NCBI RefSeq assembly: GCF_009914755.1
Contig: NC_060931.1
Origin: the human T2T-CHM13v2.0 reference genome, Homo sapiens
Reading direction: 5' to 3' (one strand)
Length of the DNA stretch: 64,000 nt
Shown here: piece after piece, positions 1 to 12,969 of the stretch
How the letters are laid out: the number at the start of each line of letters is the position of its first letter
How positions within the stretch are numbered: position 1 is the first letter of the stretch
Program-made: the position numbers and the translations under genes
The notes under the pieces: generated by a model
What the model saw: only the letters and a program-made list of their open reading frames with translations
Database searches by the model: none
Told to the model about the DNA's origin: nothing

Positions 1-3000
1 TTATTTAGAAGAACTTGTACAATGTCACAGGACATGGGCAAGGCTTTAGCTCTATTAGGGAAAAAGAAAACTCATAAGGTGAAGTTCAGAAAAACAGAGT
101 TCCATCAAAACTCCAGCCTGTTGTTTTTCATAGGGAGCCAGTCAGACCTAGATCAAGCACGGATTTTGTTCCAAGAATTAGAGCCCTTCACTTTTGCTCT
201 TTTCTCTTTCATAATGCAAGCATAATAACAACCTTGTTAGTGCAAGAATGATCAGATTGCCACTGCCAGAGTTTGTGTTACCAGGTATTTATAATAGTTG
301 TCTGGAAAAGCTAGTTGCTCTGTATTTGATAAATTTGGGGGAAATTAGAGGTTATTGGATGAAGTGGCACCTCTTCCAGTAGGTGTATGTCATAGGTTCC
401 ATGAGAAGCTGAGCTGAAGTGCCTACACCTTCATATGGGAAAAAGGAAAGCATCACTCCCAGGTCCCTCCTCAATCATTTTGCAGAAAACGTGAACTGAG
501 TGCCTAGGGTCATTGCCAGAAAATTTTACTTCTTGCATAACAAGCTTTTTCTTTAAATCTAGTGAAATGGGATTTTGAGCAGCCTCAGATGCTGACAAGT
601 TATTCTGTTTTCACTGAAGCTTCCCTTAGGGTTATGCCAAAGTGTCAGGATATTAGGCAGCGCTGAAAGTCAAGCAGGCTCTTTGGTGGGCAGTTATCAG
701 TAGTTGATGATAAAGTGTCTATCATCACAGTTGAAAGTTTTGGTGGCAATGTACCCTAACTGGTTTTTGAGACTATGGTTTATCTCAGGGTTCATCCCCC
801 TTGCTTTATTCTGCCATCTTCTCTGAGTTCTTTCTAATTGCCCAAAGTGCTATGACAGAGTAGAATGTGGTCTTCCCCAATCATGAACACTGGTCCCTGA
901 AAACATTCTCTTGCTTCCTTCTTCAAGGCATATTTTCTCATTACATGTCATTTGCATTCCCGTACACACCAGGTGTGATCTTTTTCATGAGTTTAGGCTT
1001 TTATGAAATTAAAACGTATCTTTTTGTAAAATAAACCCTGCAAAATCATCCATAAGGCAAATAAATGCAGAAGACAGAGCTATCCAGGAAAAACATTTTT
1101 GCTTATCTCAATAAAGTATCCTACCACTCATGGAAGCAGGTACCAAGAAGGTCTGAATTGAGAGCTCCATCCTGTACAGAAGCAACTGACCTTTCTTTTC
1201 CAAAGAAAATACAACGATACATAACTATGTTACGTAATAAAGATGTAAAGGTAGAGATAAGAACGGTGTAATAAAAATGGTTATGGATAGCTAAAATCAG
1301 TTCTGTTCCCAGGTGTGGTTACCTTAAATTAGTTTTATAGCTTGTCCAGGGAATTCAGAGCTGAGAAAAATGCAGTTTTGAGTTTCATATAGCCATCTAG
1401 CAGATGACTGGAATCCAATCTGTTTATAACATCAGGGCATCCAGTCAACATGTGGGTAGGTAAACAAAAGCACAAAAAAACTTTTATTTACTTTTCCTGC
1501 TTGTGAAGCTGTTTCTTTTAAGAAATGTATCGTTCAAATGCCATAATTCCTGTGGAGAGTGATATCACATTAACTACTTAGGTATAGAAAAGTATGTTCA
1601 GAGCAAGGAAATGAGGGAAGGAGAAAAACAAAAGAGATGGAGGAAGGAAGAATATAACTAAAAATCAAATAACTACACCTAATTAAGTGATTACATCCAA
1701 ACAGACTTAACAAATTGTTTCTGTAAATATAGGGGACTTTTATATAGAATCTTTTTTTAAAAAATTAAAAATATAAAAGGAGGGTGGTAAATTTATGAAA
1801 ACACTTTGTTTCCAAAAGAATAATCAGGGAAGCAAAACTTTAAAGAATTATTTTATTTGTTTTTCACTCAATTTAAAATAGGTAATATACTATAATAAAA
1901 TAGGTATAGTATATGAATTAAGGATAGTGAGATATTTGAGTAGAAACATCACTAAAAGAAAAAAATAGTTAATCATAAGTTAAAATAGTAATCATTTGCA
2001 TGTTTTCTGTAGTCAGTTTTTTTTTTCTTTTCAATGTTTATGCTATTGATAAAACAATAAAAATTGACACACAAATATAAAGGTCTAAACCTTCTTAGCT
2101 ACTCCATTTTCATGAGCTAAATTCTCTTCTTGGATGAGTTTTAAATGTTCCTTTTCAAGTCAGTAGGGGTGATGAATGCCCAGCCAAAGAGTTGGCCCCT
2201 TGATTCTACGGTAAAGCAGATGTCCATGTTAGACATCAAGAAAAATAACATTGGTTGGGAATGTTGTAACATTTATATAAATTATATGGGTTAAACATAC
2301 TGGAAAAAATGAGGCATATAATTTATGTACAGTGTGATTATTGTAAAAGCAGACTATGCATATTTATAGATAGTTAAAAATAAATAATAGCAGAAAAGGA
2401 AAAGAATTGAAGAGTCATAGGTTAGTGGCATATGTGTAAAGGCCTTATTGGAAGCCAAGACAATGAAATTAGTTGATATTAAAATAGTACCAGAAAATAT
2501 TTTTGTACCAGTAAAATTTAGCTGCAGTTGATAATTACTGATTAATTTATAAAATGATGTTTCTAAACATTTATTATTCTTTGCTAGAGCTCCTACTAGA
2601 ATAAAAATGCTACTGGTAGAAGAAGGAAAAAAGAGTTTTAAAGATATTTAAAGGTCATATCACAGCCTCTTATATAAATTAATCTCTACCAGAATCTAAT
2701 TACCATATAGCAAAATATATTCTATTTGTTCCTTTATCTTATTCTGCTATTGTCAGAAATAGAGAGCAGCCAATTAGTATGGACTGATTAATACTAATCA
2801 AGTACAAATTCTTGAATTTAAGCACTTAAATGTTTTTGTACCTTGTTTTTACATGCTGAGATATATTTTAATAAATAATGATTAATGTATAATGTGAGCC
2901 ATTTGGTATAATTAACTTTGAAAATTTCCAAATAAACAGATTTACAAAGCAAAAAAATAAGAGGATTTATCTAGTAAGATGGTAAATTAAAAAAATTAAC

Positions 3001-3609
3001 TGAAATTGACAAAAGAAAAAATAGAATAATCATAGAAAAGAAAATGCAACTAGGGAAAATATTTGGGTTTTATTCTTACTACAAATCAAAGGAATGTAAA
3101 TTTAAAAGTTACTCTTTAGGCCTATTGGATGTGTCATATCCCTTCCTGTTTTGTCAGTCTCAGCTGGCTTGTGTCTATTGAAATAAACACTTTCATAATT
3201 CACTGATAGGAAGGCTATACACTAATAAAACTCTTTTGCAATGTAATATCATTTTTCCAGAGACCTAAAAATGTTCATCGTTGTTAATTCTATAATTCTG
3301 TCTCCAGCACCTAATTAAAAAAATTATATGTGTAAGAGAAGAAGATGATGAAGAAACAGCAGCAGCATTTTGTGAAACTATCTGGGGTCCCTCTACTGAA
3401 GTCTGATATCCAGCCAGCTTCTGTGTGTGTTGCTCCATAAGGCAATAAGTCATAGATGATCTATATCTGGTATTGTTCCTGTTGCCATGAGTTTTTCTCA
3501 GGAAATGCTATTTCAGAGGGCTTGGTGGACATGTTCTTGGGTCACCTGAACCTTGACAGTTGATACAGCAAGCAGAGTTTCTCTTTTAGCACCAGAGGGT
3601 CTTATAAAC

Positions 3610-3675
3610 GTTTACCTACATAACAAACCTGCACATGTACCCCTGAACTTAAAATAAAAGTTAATAAAAATAAAA
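3610..3675 (+). mobile_element. L1PA/L1PB 3' terminal fragment with A-rich tail
   Basis: gtttacctacataacaaacctgcacatgtacccctgaacttaaaataaaagtt is the 3' end of older L1PA elements. Confidence 0.8.
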
Positions 3676-3703
3676 CAATTTGTTCAGAATTGAAAAAAAA
3701 GGC

Positions 3704-3845
3704 TTTGAGGTGATGGATGTGTTAATTAGATTGATTTAATTATCTTACATTGTACTTATAAATTATAACACCATACATATATGCAACTATAATTAAAACA
3801 TAAAAAACATACAACTATAATTTGTCCATTTACAATTTAAAAATA
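3704..3845 (+). mobile_element. L1MA-type 3' UTR end
   Basis: tttgaggtgatggatgtgttaattagattgatttaatt...acaactataatttgtccattt resembles the L1MA 3' end. Confidence 0.65.
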
Positions 3846-3854
3846 ACCAAAGAC

Positions 3855-5128
3855 AGAACTTCTCGAATGATGGCTTAAGTAGCTCAGTAAATCCTCTCTC
3901 AAAAAAGCAACAATTAAAAAAATTGTCACAAGCAGCCATTTCAGGACTCTGGATATTGATCAAAAGCATAGACGTAGCTGAAAAGCATTTATGTAAGAAT
4001 ATCTACTAAACTTCATGTACTAACTATGAGATTTTGTGGGATTTTAGCATAGTGCTATTCCCATTTGCCTCCCCATTCACCCTACCTCTGTCAAGTGCAA
4101 CAAAATGTACCCTACAGGGTAGGGCAAGCCCTTAATATTAGAACATTACCGCAGAGGGAGTGGATATGATTTTAGGCAAAGCATAGAAAAACCTAGGTAT
4201 TGTCAGAGCCAGTAGCAATTTCAGCAGCAAATGAACAGAGAAAGCCAATATTACAGGCACTCTGTCACTGAAAACCTTGGTAGGGAAAACCACAAACTGG
4301 TAGACCATCTAGACCTTAACCAGGTTATCTGGAAAAGGAGGCCAACAAAGTGGGATTTGATACTTCCCAAATATCTCTAGTGGTCTGGAAAACTATATGG
4401 CCTACCTAGTAGAGAATGGAGAGGGCCCTAGCTATCCATACATCCCTAGATAAATGTGATACACTCTGCATTTGCATATGAAATATGAAAGAATTCAGTG
4501 CAATGTGAAAAGGTGGGAAGACTTGCAAATTGCTTGAACTCTAATTGTGCTCCTCAACTTGCATACAGATTCATCAGCAAAGAGTGAATGCCTGAATATA
4601 TAAGGATATGTATTTAATACTAATAATAATCCAGGTATTGAACACTAAGCTATGCTGACAGAGGAATAACTCCTGAGAATATAGGCTTAAAACTAAAACT
4701 AAGAATAAAAAAAAAAATTGAACAGAGACTTCAGATGCTACACAACATCACAGAGAATTAGTCTAGGCAATTTAGCATAAAACAAACTGAAATAGAAAAC
4801 AGCTCAACAATCTCCCTGAGCAATCAGAATCTAGAGTTGCTATAATATTTTATATAAAAGTTTCAGTTTTCAAAAAAATATCATAAGACCTATTACAAAG
4901 AAGTATATCCTATACCAAGGGAAAAGAGCAAACATAGAAACTGTCTCTGAGTGAACCCAATTGTTAGATTTAGCAAACAAAGATTTCAAAGAAGCTTTTA
5001 TAAATATGTTCAAGAACTAAAGAAAGTCATTTTTAAGTAATTAAATGAAAGTATGAAAATGAGACATCAAATAGAAAGTCTCAATAAAGGAGTATAAATT
5101 ATAAAACAAAGTCAAATGCAAACTCGGG
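3855..5128 (+). mobile_element. Ancient L1M 5' UTR/ORF1 start, degenerate
   Basis: A-rich ORF1-like text (ttagatttagcaaacaaagatttcaaagaagcttttataaatatgttcaagaactaaagaaa); boundaries approximate. Confidence 0.6.
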
Positions 5129-5131
5129 AGT

Positions 5132-5193
5132 ACTTTGAATCCAGGAGCTTGAGACAAGCCTGGGCAACAAAGAGAGACTCTGTATTTATAAAA
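5132..5193 (+). mobile_element. 5'-truncated FLAM/AluJ left-monomer fragment
   Basis: ttgaatccaggagcttgagacaagcctgggcaacaaaagagagactctgt. Confidence 0.7.
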
Positions 5194-5199
5194 TTGCAA

Positions 5200-5333
5200 T
5201 AAGGCCCTCACCAGATGTCAGTACCATGCTCTTGGACTTCCCAGCTTCCAGAACTGTAAGAAATAAACCTCTTTTCCTTATTAATTACCCAGTCTCAAGT
5301 ACTCAGTTACAGCAACAGAAAACAGACTAAGAC
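5200..5333 (+). mobile_element. MaLR LTR 3' part (MST/MLT1A-like)
   Basis: ggccctcaccagatg...tcttggacttcccagcttccagaactgtaagaaataaa...aacagactaagaca terminus. Confidence 0.85.
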
Positions 5334-6728
5334 AACCACCCTGATCATGGTGCCCCTGAGCCTTCTGATGTACTCTATTGAGCAACTCTATCAAATATCC
5401 ACTAATGAAACTAACTGATATTAATAGACTCTAGGATCTGTAATTGAATAAGCCATGGAGAACTGTTCTTCCTCTTTTTCCAGGTTCCCTGTACCTCCAG
5501 GCTCTCTAGTCATTGAAAGAGGTATTGGAGCAATACTGCATGTCTTGATTAGCACTTTCTTGATCATTGCATTATAGTCATAGTATCAGCCACAGTCAAC
5601 TCCACACAAAGTTTATACTCACCAGAAGGGAGAATAGCCAATGACATTTTTTTTATCCTGGGAGGGATAAAATACCCCTCCCAGGCTGCTTTTCTTTCAG
5701 CCTAATGTTTAAGACAATCAGTTCCAATGGAATGTTGAGGTGACAGATCAATCTACAGGTCTGCCATGGCAAATAAAACACGGCTTTGGCCCAGTCCTCT
5801 GGTATTCCCACAACCAAGAAGGCTAAAGTTGCAGAAAAGACTGGGGGCCAATTTTTTTTAAAGCTTTACATTGCTGTATCTGTACAGATTGGACCTACGT
5901 CCCCTGATGAAGGCAGGGGTGAGGATAAGACAAAAACACATGCTGAGGTAGCAGAACATGGCAGCAGTTGGGATTCATTGCGACACAAAGGACTGGTATC
6001 CATTACCCCTCTTCCTTCCCCTCCAGTGAGAGAGGAACAAGAAGCCTTGGCTGTGTCAGTTCATAAATTGTTGTCCATGTAAATCTCATCATGATAAGTA
6101 AGAAAACAAATACAATATTGAACATGTAATATTTGTTTTGACTGTCCATGTCTCCTTTGCTGTATTGTTCTCTAGGTTCTGATATAAAATAATAAAAGTA
6201 ATATAAGTGAAAACTGAGACCATTGTTCAATAGAATCTCCAGACGGTTTATTTACCACATGTAATTCCCCATACCATGGAAATCTGACAGAACTTCAGAC
6301 CAAGGTCTCCTCAGAAATACGAGGTTTGACATAGGCTATATAGGTTCCAATCTTGAGATAATTTACCAAGTGTACTCCCAGCATTTCTATGTTAATATTT
6401 TAGCCACTTTCACAAAAATGACAAGAGAAGGGTTTGAGCACTCACACATGATCAGGAGCAAGCACTAGCAATCTTCATCTTTTGTCCTAGCAGTTCTCAG
6501 ATCCCATCTAGCCCCTCTGAACTCTTGTTATCTTAGGATTTTCCAAATGTGTACTTTAATCTTAAGTATCTCAAAAGTTTAAATGGTAGATTTTTTTATA
6601 CTATTGAGTAGAAAACAGAATTTTTCAACTTTCCCATCATAAGACTTCTTTTTGTAGAGACTTCATCCTATCCTAGTTCTGAAAGGATATTAATCTGAAA
6701 TGTTTTTATTCAACTAGAAAATGTAAAA

Positions 6729-8085
6729 GAAAAGATATATAGACCAATGGAACGGAACAGAGGCCTCAGAAATATCGCCACATCTACAACCATCTGATCT
6801 TTGACAAACCTGACAAAAAAAAGCGATGGGGAAAGGATTCCCTATTTAATAAATGGTGTTGGGAAAACTGGCTAGCCATATGTAGAAAGCTGAAACTGGA
6901 CCCCTTCCTTACACCTTATACAAAAAATAACTCAAGATGGATTAGAGACTTAAACATAAGACCCCAAACTATAAAAACCCTAGAAGAAAACCTAGGCAAT
7001 ACCATTCAGGACATAGGCATGGGCAACGACTTCATGACTAAAACACCAAAAGCAATAGCAACAAAAGCCAAAATTGGCAAATGAGATCTAATTAAACTAA
7101 AGAGCTTCTGCAGAGCAAAAGAAACTAGCATCTGAGTGAACAGGCAACCTACAGAATGGAAGAAAATTTTTGCAATCTACCCATCTGACAAAGGTCTAAT
7201 ATCCAGAATCTATAAGGAACTTAAATTTACAAGAAAAAAAGCAACCCCATCAAAAAGTGGGCAAAGGATATGAAAAGACATTTCTCAAGAGGACATTTAT
7301 GTGGACAACAAACATAATGGAAAAAAAGCTGATCATCACTAGTCATTAGAGAAATGCAAATCAAAACCCCAAGGAGATACCACCTCACACCAGTTAGAAT
7401 GGTGATCATTAAAAAGTCAGGAAACAACAGATGCTGGAGAGGATGTGGAGAAATAGGAATGCTTTTACACTGTTGGTGGGACTGTAAATTAGTTCAACCA
7501 TTGTGGAAGACAGTGTGGCGATTCCTCAAGGATCTAGAACCAGAAATACCATTTGACCTAGCAATCCCATTATTGGGTGTATACCCAAAGGATTATAAAT
7601 CATTCTATAAAGACACATGCACACGTATGTTTATTGCAGCACTATTCACAATAGCAAAGACTTGGAACCAAGCCAAATGCCCATCAATGATAGAATGGAT
7701 AAAGAAAATGTGACACATATATACCATGAAATATTATGCAGCCATAAAAAAGTATGAGTTCATGTCCTTTGCAGGGACATGGTTCAAGCTGGAAACCATC
7801 ATTCTCAGCAAACTAACACGGAAACAGAAAACCAAACAGCTCATGTTCTCACTCATAAGTGGGAGTTGAACAGTGAGAGCACACGGACACAGGGAGGGGA
7901 ACATCACACACCGGGGCCTGTCAGGGGGTGGGGTACTAGGGGAGGGATAGCATTAGGAGAAATACCTAATGTAGATGGTGGATTGATGGGTGCAGCAAAT
8001 CACCATGGCATGTGTATACCTATGTAACAAACCTGCACATTCTGCACTTGTGCCCCAAAGCTTTAAGTATAATAAAAAAAGAAAA
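6729..8085 (+). mobile_element. 5'-truncated L1PA7-like element (ORF2 C-terminus + 3' UTR)
   Basis: ORF2p C-terminal cysteine-rich region ([18 protein letters not shown] 7354-7713); 3' UTR gcattaggagaaatacctaatgtagatg; A tail at 8071-8085. Confidence 0.95.
7913..7946 (+). other. G-quadruplex-competent tract in L1 3' UTR
   Basis: ggggcctgtcagggggtggggtactaggggaggg: five G-runs; known L1PA feature. Confidence 0.7.
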
Positions 8086-8310
8086 TATAAGACTTACAAG
8101 ATTCAAAAGAAAAAAAAAATAAATCTGTGCAGTAGCAGGAAAAACTCTGAAGGAGAACCTTGGGGACAATACATTCGCTCTTACTCTACCTATTAGAATG
8201 AGTGATCTTTGTAAGTCACTTGATTCTATAGACACACATGAAGAAAGGGGGTATTCTTATTTCTTACGGGTTTTGTATGAAGAATAAATAAGTCAAAATG
8301 AAAAAAAAAA
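8086..8310 (+). other. L1 3'-transduced flank with own AATAAA and poly(A)
   Basis: Lies inside TSD agaaaatgtaaaa (6716-6728 / 8310-8322); AATAAA 8283-8288; A10 8301-8310. Confidence 0.8.
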
Positions 8311-8479
8311 GAAAATGTAAAACCATTATTCAAATGTACTGTGGTACTCAATGAGGCAGGAAAGTTTAACATTTTCTGCAGCCTGGAATATCTCTGGTAA
8401 GTGTAGTTAATATTTAAGCTCTCTATAATTAAACATAATATAACTCAAACATATAATGAACCTTTGGGTGGGCAGAAAG

Positions 8480-8655
8480 TAACTATGTAAAAATATCAAG
8501 ACAAATATGCATAGAAAATAATTAATGGATTAGATATAACAAAAGTGTTAACAGTAATTGCTTTTGTGTGGTCAGAATATAGGCATTTTTTACATTGTAT
8601 TTCTTTGAATTTTCTAAGTTTTCTACAGTAAGCACACCATATTATTAAGAAATAT
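8480..8655 (+). mobile_element. L1ME 3' end fragment
   Basis: aaaagtgttaacagtaattgcttttgtgtggtcagaatataggcatttttt...ttttctacagtaagcac. Confidence 0.5.
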
Positions 8656-9234
8656 ATTTTGGACTTGATAAGCCATATTTTACAAAGTTTTTATTTTCCA
8701 CATAGATCATTCTGTGCAATAAGCATTCCAGAAAGTTTGACAAGTAATGAAAGCTCTAAGAGTCACTTCACAAATCTTAACCTACATGATGTTATTTCTA
8801 CCTTGATTATTGTATTTAGAAAATACATTACACAGTAATACTTCAACTTTCAACTTTGTAAACATTGTATGACGTTTCCCTAGTTGTTTTGTGTTTGCTT
8901 TTACTGCTTGTTTTTGGCAGAAATCTCACCTCATGTTATTTTTGGAGTACAGATTCATTTAACAACCTGTACTTATCCTTTGTTTAATTCTTTCATGTGT
9001 AGGGCTTCTCTGGAAGGCATAATTCTACTGTGGAGGAAAAAATAACCTATTTTGAGGCAGAGAGAAAAAGGAACATGAAAATATGCTTACTTGGTAGGAG
9101 TATGCAGGGGGGGACACCTGCAGCTCGTTTGTAGCATATGTGTGTTCTGATTGCTTGGGAATTCCCTGAGTCCATTAGAAGCAATTTCACAACACTGGGG
9201 CTGTCCTGCTCACTTCTAGGTCACTAGTATGATC

Positions 9235-9378
9235 GTTTTATCTTTATTGTTCTATATAGTTACAATACACTTCTTCACCAAGAACAAGATTTAGTCTATG
9301 TTTGGATTTATCAGGTGCAGTGAGCCTAGTAGAGTGTCTGACATAGCAGGAGCCCACTGGTTATTAGAATGATGGAAT
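9235..9378 (+). mobile_element. L2 3' end
   Basis: cagtgagcctagtagagtgtctgacatagcaggagccc...gaatgatggaa. Confidence 0.6.
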
Positions 9379-9849
9379 TTTAAATAGTTCAACATTAAGG
9401 CACTACATTTTGGTGCTAGAACTGAAAATCTTGCAATGTAAAAAATGGAGCCCAAATTCTAACTGAGGAGCTAGGTAAGCACAACACTTATGGTAAACAC
9501 TGTGAAGACATAGGTCAGCTATGTTGTGATAGGAGAATACATGTCATACTACAGGCACGCATACAAACTAATTTACTATAGTCTGTCTCACGAGAGCATG
9601 CTTCCCAGGTGAGGTGATACCTCAGCCAAACTGAAGGGTAAGTCAGAGTTGGCCTAAGAAGAAAAGGGAGAAAGCATCAAGGCAAAGGGAATGACATGCA
9701 TAAAGGATTCCCACTTTAATGCCCCATGACTCCAAACTTGTAACCTTCTCCTAACAACAATAACTTCCATTTATACCAAATTCCATTTCTTCAAGGCACT
9801 GATTCAGCTACAAAATGACCGTTAAGTTAGACGTAAAAATAATGACCTG

Positions 9850-9965
9850 TATCTCCCCACCAGCCCCTCAACCAAATCCTATGAGGTAAAAATGTTTAAT
9901 TCAATTTCACAGGTGATGAAACTGAAATTAGAAAACTGTCAGAAAGCACTCGTATTACACAAGTC
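9850..9965 (-). mobile_element. MIR fragment
   Basis: aatcctatgaggta...atttcacaggtgatgaaactgaaattaga, reverse MIR core. Confidence 0.55.
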
Positions 9966-10026
9966 CCCTTTTGGAATTGTTCTGAGAACCTTAGAGGTTT
10001 ACTTCTAAAATATTTGTAGTAGTTAA

Positions 10027-10415
<389 letters not shown>

Positions 10416-12969
10416 ACAAAGAATATTCTTTATACTCAATTTGATACCTTTAGTATCTCAAGAACAAAGTAAATTTAGTTTGAAAAATTATTAAATTTAA
10501 AAATATAACAAAAGACAACATACAGAGATGAGGAAGAAATAAAAGCATTTTGAAGTAAAGTTATTTTATATATTATATGTATAATTTAGAAAAAGTATAA
10601 ACACATTATATGTGGTACTGCTGCATAAAAATTATGTTTGAAGCAGCTCTGCTGAGACTAACACACAAATTAGCATCATGTATATAAATTTAATAGTGTC
10701 CTGTAAGTCTGAAATTATATGTAAATAAAATATCAAAATGTATATATATAGAAAAAGAGAAAATTATAATTTTTGTGTTTTAATTCTGCTCCAAGAAAAG
10801 AAGTTGTAGCTTTGGTTTTCTCAACCTTTCATTAATTAAACATCAATATATCAAAATTTACTTTTGTAAAAATTTTCTTATTGCCTTATGATATCTGAAA
10901 GGAACTTTCATTATTTAATTAATTCTGTTTTAACCAAATAGCGAAGACGTTAATTCAAATGACCAGTTGCCCATTTATAATTATGCAAGGGCTACATTAA
11001 TGAGTTACTTAATCATGGATGATATAGAGCAGTGTAGGAGTCACCCTGATTCTCCCAGAAGTTTCTAAATATGTACAATTCTCATTGAGAAACTCCTAAA
11101 GAGTAAAAGAGCAACCTCAAAGTCTTGGAAAAGTAAATTAAAATACTCCCATGGAAATTGCTGAGTGTTTTTGAGATTGTATGCCCTATTTTAAGCCTGA
11201 TGTAATTTTGACATTTTCTGCTACATGCTTTGGCGACTGACACACTGTATGAAATCAGGCTCTTCTATTCTCACATATATTGCCCCAAGAAACACCTTTA
11301 AAATTGATGTATCAAATTAACTTAAACTTTAATTCTTCCTCTTCAAACTTCCCTGTTAGCTATTATGAAAATTGGGTCCATTTTTCTTAGGACACTTCTG
11401 TTGGCCCTGCACCCCTTTCAGTCTCCTGTCTGCCACAGAATGAATCGTCTCCCTGCTTATAAGCCACTGAGGAAGAGGAAGCAACATAAAGGCTCTAGAA
11501 ATGCGGTGACGAGAGGTCTCCTACTTCACTGTTACCATAGTCTTCTAGATACCAGTTTCTGACTGGTCACTCTAAAGGGAAAAGCAGAGATGCCAAAATA
11601 AATCTTCCTAATCTCATCAGTGGAGGTCACAGGAAACTCCCAGAGGCTTGGCCATGTCCAATTTCTCCTTTCTTAGGGATGACTAAAGTCAGAGTTGCAC
11701 CAAATTTTTAAAGAGAGGAGGAGTGAAAACAGGACAAGGCTGCACAGAACCTGAGTAATTATTTTATTATAAAACACCACAGGGCTGCCTCAGTCATGAA
11801 GAGAACTTTATTACTTATTCACATTATGCATACCTGATGTCCTGTTTGGTGATGGTATTTCAGTAATCCACTTGTGGGCATCATATCTTTGCTAATTTTT
11901 ATTTTTAATAGTATTTTAAAGATTACCAATAAAATTACCCAGTTTTCCATAAATTTTATTTTCCTCATTCTCCCAAGGTGCATCCCACATTTACACCATG
12001 GTTCTGTATATGTTTCTGCAAAATACTGCATATCCCTTGGGATACGTATATCCCAGGTTTATAAGCATGAATCAAGTTAACCCAATTTTGAAGGAGATTT
12101 TTCAAATATTTACACATTGATATCTATGACCCCTGTGCTGTTTTCATCCTGCTCTCAGCTTAGCTCCGGTTTTCTTTCTCAGTTAAAATGTGTATTTTTG
12201 TTTGTTTGTTTGTTTTTCTGGGAGTGAAAAAGACTTCTTTCCAGAAGCAGTAGGACTAATTTAGTAGAAGCCAAAACATAACATGAAACTTTCCATCCAT
12301 TCCCATCATAGGACATGGAAATAGCTGGGAAATGAAAGTAAACAGATATACGTCTGGTCACCTTGTGTTTTCTCATCAGTTGAACCAGTTTGTGAAAGAT
12401 GTATTCCCTTTGCACTGTCAAATTGAAGGACATTTCCTATATGGTTTGACCTCTGCCTCATTATCTGCATGTAAAAGTTGAAGGCCTTAAAGCAAGCTGA
12501 TTGCTGTTGCTGTTTTTCACAGTACCTGTGCATATTTAGGGGGTGAACATTTGACCATTGTTTAAGAAATGGGCAAAACCAGTAGACAGTTTGCAGGTAG
12601 TAGTGTCAGTCAATTCTCAGAAAACACACACAAAATTATATAAAAGAGCCAGTTTTGTGCTATTTTTGGCATAATGTAGCTAGATTAGGTGATAGTAGGA
12701 AAGAGAAATAAGAGTAGGAGGAGCTGCTTTAGTGAATAAGTGCGGACCGAATTAGCACAAAAAAATGAAGTAGCGCATGAAGCCTTAAATAATAAATGAA
12801 TCACCTTTGAAACCAAAATTGGTCTTCTTAAACTAAAGCTAAAACATGGAATGGTTTTGGTGGGCATAGTGCAAAAGAAGGGAGTTGTGAGCAGATTTAG
12901 TTGTGGGTCTTTTGTTTTGAGTTATGTTGTTTTGCTTTTTGTAAACTGATCTTCCCAGAAGTCTGTGTT

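Noticed and set aside
240-960. Possible LTR or regulatory block
   Set aside because: No family or motif could be identified with confidence.
3664-3700. Short transduction after the L1 tip (caatttgttcagaattg + A8)
   Set aside because: No TSD found to delimit it.
5786-6082. 98-aa ORF
   Set aside because: Non-ATG start and no recognisable protein similarity.
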